Under the pieces are notes generated by a model. That model did no database searches and was not told the DNA's origin. It saw nothing but the letters and a program-made list of their open reading frames with translations. DNA of 64,000 nucleotides from the human T2T-CHM13v2.0 reference genome, Homo sapiens: assembly GCF_009914755.1 (NCBI RefSeq), contig NC_060931.1; one strand, given 5' to 3'. This document shows, one piece after another, positions 55,000 through 64,000 of this stretch (the stretch's first letter is position 1; each line of letters opens with the position of its first letter). The position numbers and the translations under genes were made by a program.

Positions 55000-57900
55000 C
55001 TTATTCTTTTTTTAGCATTTTAAAATTAAGATATATTTCACAAAACACAAAATTTACTCTTGTAAAATAAATTAGATTTTTAGTACATGTGCTATATTGC
55101 TCAAGCACTATCTGATTCCAGAACATTTTCATCACACCATGGCTATTAGCAGTTGGTTCCAATTCCCCCCTGGCTCCTGATCCTCTGGCAATTACTAGTC
55201 TATTTTCTGTATATATAGATTTACCTATTCTGGACATTTTATACAATTGGAATCATACAGATTACAGCATTTTGTGTCTGGCTTCTGTAACTTAGCATAA
55301 TATTTCCAAGATTTACTCATGTTATAGCTTGTAACACTACTTTATTCTTTGATTTGGCTGAATAACATTCGATTGCGTGGATCTACCATTTTTTAAAATA
55401 CATTACATTCATCAGCTGATAGAAATCTGTTTATTTTTTTCCATTTTTTGGCTTTTTGAATTGTGCTGCTATGAGCATACATGTACAAGTTTTTGTATGA
55501 ACATATGTTTTTAATTCTCTAAGTAAATACCAAAACTTAGAATTGCTGGGTCAAATAGGAATTCCATGTTTAATATTCTGAGGAACCATCAAACAGTTTT
55601 TTTACAGTGGCTGCACCATTTTTCATTCCTGCCAGCAATATACAAGGGTTCCAATTTCACTACATTCTCAACAAAACTTATTTTCCTTTTATTATTTTTA
55701 GTGTAACCATTCTAATAGGTGTAATGTGGTGTCTCGCTGTGATTTTGATTTCCCTAATGTTCAATATCGAATATCTTTTCATGTGCTTATTGGCCTTTTG
55801 AATACCTTCTTTGAAAAATGTGTATTCAAATCTTTTGCCCATTAAAAAATTGTATTTATTTTTTATTTTTTGGTTGTAAGACCTATTTTTTTCTGGATAC
55901 TAGGCCTTTGTCAGATATATTTGCAACTATTTTCTCTTATTAGGGTTTCTTTTCACCCTCTTGATAGCATCCTTTGATATACAAAATATTTCCATTTCTA
56001 TGAAGTCTTTGATTGCTTGTGCTTTGGTATATATCTAAAAAATTGTTTCTTAATCCAATATCTCAGAAATTTCCACCTAGATTTTCTTCTAAGTGTGTTA
56101 TAGTTTTAGCTCTTATGTTTATGTATTTTATCCATTTTGAGTTAATTTTGTTATGGTGTGAGGTTGGGGTCTAAATTCATCTTTGCAGGTGATATCCATT
56201 TGTTAAAAGACTATTATTTTCCAATTAAATTGTTGTGGCAACCCTGTCAAAAATCAACTGACCATAAATTTATATATTTGTTTCTGGACTTTCAAATCTA
56301 TCCCATTGGTATATATATATCGATCCTTATGCCAGTGTGTTGATTACTGTAGCTATGTCTTATGTTTTGCAATTAGGAAATGTGAGTTTAAATTTGTTCT
56401 TCTTTTTCAATTTTTTCTGTTATTCTGTGAACCTTGAAATTTTATATGAATTTTAGGATTAGCTTCTACATTTCTGAAAAAAAAAAGTTGCATTTTTGAC
56501 AGGGATTTTTTGAATCTCTATAGATTCAAAAATCTATAGAGATTCCAAAAATGGCAATAAGGAATATTGCCATTTTAAGTTTATTATGTCTTCCAAGTGC
56601 ATGAACATTGGATGTTTTTCCATTTATTTAGATCTTGCTTCATTCTTTTCAACAGTATTTTACAGTTTGTAGTGTACAAGTCTTGTACTTCCTTGGTTGA
56701 ATTTACTCCTAAGTATTTTATTCATATGACTGCTGCTTTAAATGGAATTTTTTTTAAATTTTATCTTTGGATTGTTTGTTGCTAGTGTATAAAATGCAAC
56801 TTTTAAAATACTAATCTTGCATTCTAAGACTTTGCTGAACTCACTTATTAGCTCTGTTTGTGTGTGTATGTATTCTTTAAAGTTTGGTGTATATAACACT
56901 ATGTGATCTGTAAATAGAGATACTTTCGCTTCTTTCTTTTCTATCAGGATGACTTCTATTTCTATTTCTTCCCTAATAGCCTTAGCTAGAAAATCCAGTA
57001 CTATGTTTTCATAGAAGTAGTGAAAGTGAACATCCTTGTCTTGTTCCTAATCTTTAGGGAAGAACTTTCGGTTTTTCACCATTAAGTATGACTTTAGCTG
57101 TGAGTTCTTAATAAGTGCAACTTACCTTTTGAGAAAGTTTATTCTATTCATAATTTTTGAGTGTTTTAAGTGTAAAATGATGTTTGATTTTGTCAAATGC
57201 CTTTTTATATCCATTGAACTGACCATGTGAGTTTTTTGCCTTTGTTCTATTTATATTGCATACTATACTGATTAATTTTCATATGTTGAATCAACCCTGC
57301 ATTCTTAGGATAAATCCTACTTAGCTATAATGTACAATACTCTTGGCATGCTACTGGAGTGAGTTTGACAGTATGTTATTGAGGATTTTGCATTCATATT
57401 TATAAGTGATAACGGCTTGCAATTTTCTTGGGATATATTTGACTGGTTTTGGTATCAGGGTAATAGTGGTAATAGTGGTGTCTCATAATGAGTTAGAAAG
57501 TGTTTCCTCCTCTTTTTTGGGATGAGATTGAGAAGAAGTGGTATTAATTACTTAACTATTTGGTAAAATTCACCAGTGAAGCCATGTAGTCCTAAATCAT
57601 TCTTTATTTAAAGTTTTTGATTACCAACCAATTTCTTTATTTGTTATGGATCTATTTAGATTTTCTATTTTGTTTTGAGTCAGTTTTAGTATTATGTGTG
57701 TTTATAGGAATTTGTCCATTTCCTCTGCGTTATCTAAATTTTTAGCTTCTGCAGACCTTGAAGGTCGGCAGGAAATGATGACTTATCACTTTATCAGGTC
57801 TTTCCTGAGCAAGCAAACAGCTGTGTACATGCATATGGCTTTCTAGATTCCCAGGAATATGATGGAGCTTTTGGCAGGTTTTAGAGACATATCATTACCA

Positions 57901-58450
57901 GCTTTGCCTCATAAGCATTTTGATTATTCTATCTTATTTACCCCAACAATCATCTATTGCCTCAGGCAGCAGCATCTAAGACATGAATTAGCCTGTAAAT
58001 ATTCTTGACGAATGCCTTTTCCTTGTACCCTAGAATCAGCTTCAGCACTGGAATAGTTCTGAGTTCAGTAAAATAAAGAGAAGCATTTTAAAACATTCTT
58101 CCAAAGAGACACCAGCCAGATCAGAATACATAATTAATTAAAATTCTTTGTACATGAGGTCTGTTGGGGAGTGGAGTTTGGATTCCTCTTGTACGGAAAA
58201 TATGGGTTGTTCTTTTAATGACTACTGCTGAAGTGGGAAATGGGAGATGGAACTAGGGTAAATCCATAAAGTTTACAGCTCCTACCAAGAATCTCCCATT
58301 TTTCCCAAATGAACATTCTCTTAGTTGCTGCAAGCTTTCAGTTAATTTCCAGAGTTCTGTTGATTCTGATAGATTTTGCCCATTTTTAAATTATACTTTT
58401 AAAGTGCTGGAGTTTGATGTTCTTAATTCTGCCATATTTGCTGATGTCAT
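55000..58450 (-). mobile_element. L1MB/MC element, internally deleted (3'UTR and ORF2 at ~55000-57745; 5' region at ~57745-58450)
   Basis: Continuous antisense ORF2 text (CATCCTTGTCTTGTTCCT; TTTTGGTATCAGGGTAATA). Ends in TTCTGCCATATTTGCTGATGTCA, the reverse complement of a YY1-like L1M start. Confidence 0.85.
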
Positions 58451-61400
58451 TCCTTATTCAATCTTGAAGTCCTGGCAGCTTTCTCAGTATATGAGACAGT
58501 AAATGATGGTTGACAGAGAACACTTCAACATATGAATGAACTTCAGGTTGTGCAATCCAGATTAAAAAATAGCTCTTCATTATATGTAATTATACGCAAA
58601 ATAATGTTTCAATGGATTAGGATGGTTAAGATATAACATTATTTACCCCCAGTATTTTAATTCCTAAAATAATAATTCTCATGAGGGTGACACATTATCC
58701 AGGCTGCCATTATGTATTGCTCTCACACTGGCTATTAGAAAACATAACCAGTTATATAGCTAAGTTTGTGTTCATAAATATTTCTAAAGTCTATTTATAT
58801 GTAGCATGAGGTCAACCTAATAGGAAACACAAGAAAACATGGCCAATTATTGAATGCTGAAAAAAGGCTTAACGGCATATTTTAGCAGAAAAAATAGCTA
58901 TTATCACGAAACATACACTTTTTTAAATACTCTAATAAAGAGTTTGAAGAGAAAGTTTAGAGGTAGTAAATGTAATACCAATAATATTGTGTTTTATATT
59001 TCAAATGACCATCATCCTATGCAATTGAAAACATTGGTGAAGAAAGTCTTGGGAGTTCTACAAACATCCCAAAGTAAATCTATTTGTTATTTACCAATCT
59101 TGGTAAATTTTAAACTAATATTTGGATTAAATATTTATTTATTTTTTACTGGGAAAGAAGAACAACTTCAGTATCACAGAGACCCTTATCAATCCCAATA
59201 ATACCAATTGACAGTTTTGTGGTACTAGGCAAGACATTTCATTTTTTAGCCTAAACTACTTTATCTTTAATATGAGGATAGAGGATTAATCTAATTGTTC
59301 TAAACATTGAATGTAATTGAATATGGAGAAACCATACTCTGACATTGCCTCACATAGAGTTGACACACAATAAATTGGATATGCATTTTCAAACTAGAAC
59401 AATATCTATCATTTTTAGATTTTTTGTATGTGAATTTTCTGATTTAGATTAATTTTTTAATATGTAATAAATAATATTTAGCAATTTTATTTTTGTGCAT
59501 TTTTCCCTGAAAAATGGATAAAATGTGAAACCCATAAATGACATAGAAGGAAAGATGGTATTTGCCAAGAAGGAAAAAAAAGGGTAGTTAAATATTCAAA
59601 TGCAATTGTGATTAGCATCTGGACACCATGCCTGAATAAAAATAATTTTAATAAATATATTTGGAAATACTATAACATACAAATATTTGGAATGTGGTTA
59701 TTTCCAATGTTTTATATATAATTAAAGTCTGCAAGTAAAAATAAATAACCATGAAATAAAAATAGCACCAAAAACATGGATGAGGTCTGATTTTAATTAT
59801 AAACGTTGTAAACTTTTGTGTAAATTTTTTATAAGCGAATTTAACCATATTTACTATTTGTTTGAAAATTCCTATTTTCCTAACAACAGAGGACTGCATG
59901 CTCTTAAATCAAAGCATAAAATCATTATTCTATCTTTTCAACAAAAACTGATGTAGGACCTTTCATTGGTTTTCACTGTACAATGGGTAAGCTCTTCTTA
60001 TTATCATAATTAATCCTGTGATTTGCTATGTTAGAAGGCTTAAATCACTGAAATGTAATTTCCACCATCACAAATAGTGGCCTAGATTTTATGATCAAGG
60101 GAATACATGGCATGCATAAGTAGAATGCTACTATGCATCCTGGAATCCACTGTATTTCATTATACTTATATTCTGTCTTACTGGCAGTCTTGGGCAAGCC
60201 TAAGTACACCTTTATTAACAAGTCAATAACATAGCTCTGTGTTAAGCTTTTGTATTGATCTAATATGGTTCACCCTGGTATGCCAAACAGGTCCACATTT
60301 CAAAACAACCTCTTTCTTAACTGTCTCTGATCTTGGGAGTCTCATGTGTAAAGTAATAGAAACATTTCTGGTTTTAGCAATGTAAAGGTCACACCTGCCA
60401 CAATGAGGAAGCAGTATCTTGTTTTATGCGTATGAGAGCCAGAAGCAGGAAGGCATGGCCAGCATCATGACTAACCCATTGCTTTGTTTGGTAGAGCCAC
60501 CTTTTTCCTTCTGGATCCCTTGCATCTTGGGTGCTTTTTTTATATGTACTGCATGTCCTTCTTGTGTTCAATTTTGCTGCTAGCTAATTCCTGACAATGG
60601 CTTAAACTATAATTGAGGAGGTAGCTGATGGAAATTAGATGATGAAATGAAAATGGGTAAAACAAATAACACTCACGTATTTTACATAGCAACAGTTAAA
60701 TAAATTAAGTCAACTACTCAAAAAATATAAGGAAATTATGAAATGCATAGCTAGTTGCATTTATAGTTCTAAAAAAGAGAAATTCTCTCCGAGTTTCTAC
60801 TAGCTCCGAAGTAAACTGAATCGATCTTACTCCATATAGTGAGTCCTATGGGTCTCTCCAGCTTCATATTAGATAATGGCAGCCCTGCTTTCCTATTAAA
60901 ATGGAAGAATCTGATGTGACATTTATGCTTGTTTATTAACTAACTGCTGTAACAGAAACTCACTCATATAAAAGTGTTTATCAAATAAACTTTATTAGCT
61001 TTTAGCATAGTTGAGAATAAAAACCATGGCATTTGAGACAGTATTAGGTAACTGATTAAGGAACCTCATGAGAGATTATATTAGAAGGGAAAGTGGACTG
61101 GTTAGTTTTGTGGGGGAGAGAGTGGCCTGAAGTTGGTGGTATAATCCACTGACCATACAATAAGCCTAGACAACTGCCCCTGAATATAAATCCAATTTTT
61201 AAAATGTGATGTAGTACCCAAGAATAAGCCATAGCCTATCTTTCAAGTGATTTATTTATTTATTTGAAAAATCTGGCTGTTTTGGTTGGTTTTTCAAGGA
61301 TAGAAAGACATGTATATCACTTTCTCCAGATTTGGAGTACCTCCCTTTCTGATTACATGTTTGCTTCGTAATCCTTTCCTCAAGAATGTCTGCTATTCTA

Positions 61401-61799
61401 CTCTTAAAAACTTCCTGAATATTAACCCAAACCTCTCCTTTCTATGTTTTTTCAAAAAATTGCTAGAAGAGTTGTAATATTTGTATTATTATTTTACTAC
61501 CCTAGCATTTCATAAATTGTGTTTATGGTTCAACATTTCTTATCTCTATCTTTTTTGCTATTTCAATCTCTAGTTACAAAGTTTGGAGGCATTCTCTTTT
61601 TTTAAGTAGAGATATTATAATATCAGCAAAATATTATCATTTCCATGGTGAGTCACAATGCCTCTAGGAATTCAGCAATTATAGTAAGTGGGTGAAGGAG
61701 GCCAGATGCTGATTGTGGTGATTTCAGAGCACCTTATCTAAAGAAGCAAAGCTCCAGATAATTTACAATCACACAGAAATGCTCAACCAGTACTGTTGC

Positions 61800-61881
61800 A
61801 TCTGCAGGGATAGAAACAGAACCAATAGGATCTACCTCTCTATCTATCATCTGGCCAGCTTCCTGTCTATCTATCTGTCTG

Positions 61882-61927
<46 letters not shown>

Positions 61928-62386
61928 ATCTGTCAATCATCAAAGGGAAAGAGAGATATTTATTGCAAGGAATTGACTTACATAATTATGGGGATCTGCT
62001 TCTGTAAATTTGAGATCCAGAGGGTAGTCTGTCAAAGGGGCAGGCTGGAACTCTCCTGGAGAAGCTAATGCTTCAGTCTTGAGACAGAATTTCCTCTTGC
62101 TCAGGAATACCTCAGTTCTGCTCTTAAATTATTTCAACTGATTGAGCCAGTTTCTCCCAGATTATTGGGAATATTCTCCCTTACTTAAAGTTAAATGATT
62201 GTTGATCCTAATAAAATTTACCAAATATTTTCATAGCAACACCTAGATTAGTGTTTGATTAATAGGCTAAACATTTCAAAACAATATTTAAAAATCAGAT
62301 GATTTGACATTTTAAAGTCAGGATTTTCAGTTTTTCTTGGAAAAACAGATTTGGCAACTGTGATGGTCAATTTTATGTTTCAGTTT
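61800..62386 (-). mobile_element. MLT2 (D/E-like) solo LTR; its terminal ~27 bp are flipped to the + strand
   Basis: AGAAACAGAACCAATAGGA...GGAATTGACTTAC...AGCAACACCTAGATTAGTGTTTGATT. The LTR start TGTGATGGTCAATTTTATG is at 62359. Confidence 0.8.
61866..61925. repeat. (TCTA)2(TCTG)2(TCTA)11 tetranucleotide STR
   Basis: Counted directly from the sequence. Confidence 0.95.
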
Positions 62387-62420
62387 CAAACAAAAGAAAA
62401 CAAATTATTTTCCATTCAAA

Positions 62421-62493
62421 TATGATGACTAACTGTCTTGGTTTGCCCAGGACTGAAATTGTCCTGGGTGAAACGAAATGGTTGATCTCCCTA
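62421..62493. mobile_element. Short MER94-like hAT MITE
   Basis: Decayed terminal inverted repeats (TATGATGACTAAC...GGTTGATCTCCCTA). 8-bp TSD CATTCAAA at 62413-62420 and 62494-62501. Confidence 0.75.
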
Positions 62494-63714
62494 CATTCAA
62501 ACAAAACATATCTCTTTTTAGACTGTGCCCATGAAGTTAAGGCCATCCTGAATTCCCATGAGATAAAGAGGTGCCTGTGGAACTAAATAAGCTTGAACAG
62601 AGATTATCGGTCTTATGCATATGTTGCATAAGACTTACTTTAGCATATGTTGGGGACAAAACATTTTTTCATCAATAACATTCCTGCTAGAATAATGGTA
62701 TTGGTTAAGGTGGGCAGGGGATGAGGGTTTTGGGAGTGAAAGATTCCTTAGTGAAATGTTTATCAGAAAATTTATGGAGGCACAGCTGGGGGAAAGCTCT
62801 AACTTAATTCTAACATCTACTTCTCTTTCAGCAGGACAGGCCACCAAGTATGCTATAGGTATACATGGGTCTCCTGTCTTAGAAAATTATTAAATTCATC
62901 ATTAAAGAAAGTTAAATCTAGCATGAGAACTAAAGGATTGGGGCAAATTTCTACATGTAAAAACTCAGAGGGCAAATGAAGACAACAGGAAATATAATCT
63001 AGTTGGATAATGTATATCTTCAACAATTTTGCTCATATTAAATATGACAGGGATTTTCTTGGTTGGGTATCACAACATCTTAGGATGTAGGCTGATAACA
63101 GTATTAAGCTCAGTTTAATAAAATCAATTCTATTAGAGGATACCAAAAAGATATGTTTTTACAAGATTCTTTCATGATTTGAGTGCTTTCTACTTATGGT
63201 CAAGTTTTATTTATTAAAGAATGAGGCATTTAAGCTGAACACATTCTTCAACAAAAGGCTACCTTATTTCTGGAAGCAGATATACTACCAGCTGTGTGGC
63301 CACAGCTGACTCATTCAACATTCCTTAGGTTCAGCTTCTTTGACTTTAAAATAATTTTCATAACCTGAAACTGACAGCTACGTTTTAATGACTAGATATC
63401 ATAACATATATGGTGAAATGGACTATTTCTATTTCTTCTCTTTAGAGTAGAAATGTGAACCTCATTCAGCAAAAGTTTTGTTTGTACTTGTCTTATGTAT
63501 ATGTCTATAGAAGCAGCATTCTAAGAAATATTTAGAGTAATTGGTTCAATTGTTGATTGGCATCATTGTATTATGCAGTTTGTCTATGAAATATGCATAG
63601 TCTTAACTCATTTATTTTATAGAGTGGTTCCCTGTGTTCTGGTAAAAGCTTTATTTTCAAGACTTCTTTATAAAATAAAAATGTAAAGAAAAACCTAGCT
63701 GTAAGACAATGTAG

Positions 63715-63948
63715 CTTTTGAGGCCCTGTAATTGGAATGAGTCCACTTTAAATCCTTTAAAGAGGATCCACTGTAGGGCAAGTCTGGTGCCAACAGCTGC
63801 GGTAATTCCAGCTCCAATAGTGTATATTAAAGTTGCTGCAGTTAAAAAGCCCGTAGTTGGATCTCGGGAGCAGGCGTGAGGTCCGCTGCGAGGCGAGCCA
63901 CCGCCCGTCCCCACCCGTTAACTCTCGGCGCCCCCTCGATGCTCTAGC
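63715..63948 (+). pseudogene. 18S rRNA fragment (dispersed pseudogene; 530-loop region and start of V4)
   Basis: GAGGCCCTGTAATTGGAATGAGTCCACTTTAAATCC...GTCTGGTGCCAACAGCTGCGGTAATTCCAGCTCCAATAG...GTTAAAAAGC...GCGAGGCGAGCCACCGCCCGTCCCC follows mammalian 18S, with substitutions in universally conserved positions. Confidence 0.96.
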
Positions 63949-64000
63949 CCTGGATGTACTACTGAAAAACTATTTAACAAATCTCAAATTAACAGATTTT

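Larger units (their letters stand above)
61645..62545 (+). mobile_element. MER102-like hAT element split by MLT2 and MER94 insertions and a small inversion
   Basis: The 5' part is at 61645-61799, the middle part is inverted at 62273-62358, and the 3' part CAAACAAAACATATCT follows 62494. Confidence 0.6.

Noticed and set aside
63657-63914. 85-aa minus-strand ORF
   Set aside because: It is the antisense translation of the 18S fragment, a well-known source of spurious proteins.
63715-63948. Functional rRNA gene
   Set aside because: Only a small part of 18S, mutated at invariant positions, with no rDNA context.

Overview
This is an AT-rich, CpG-poor mammalian (primate) genomic window made up mostly of interspersed repeats. 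AluY and an L1PA2-type 3' end point to human or another African great ape. I find no credible host protein-coding gene: the ORF track is explained by retroelement remnants, Alu or microsatellite translations, and chance. The main components are: a decayed HERV-L provirus (6105-11005; pro, RT, RNase H, integrase, dUTPase, no env, full 3' MLT2 LTR, only 35 bp of the 5' LTR); solo LTRs (MST, MER52, THE1, MLT1, MLT2); L1s of many ages; six Alus; MIR and L2 relics; small hAT DNA transposons; and a ~235-bp 18S rRNA fragment near the right end. I did not find a convincing new biological system. The most interesting signals are a reconstructable 110-bp inversion across an LTR/DNA-transposon junction, several template-switch or duplication scars, an L1 inserted into another L1's target site, a young L1 without a TSD, a recursive-splice-like AG|GTAAG site, and an unexplained hairpin. 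Repeat family names come from my recollection of consensus sequences, not from a search, so subfamily calls and the boundaries of old elements are approximate.
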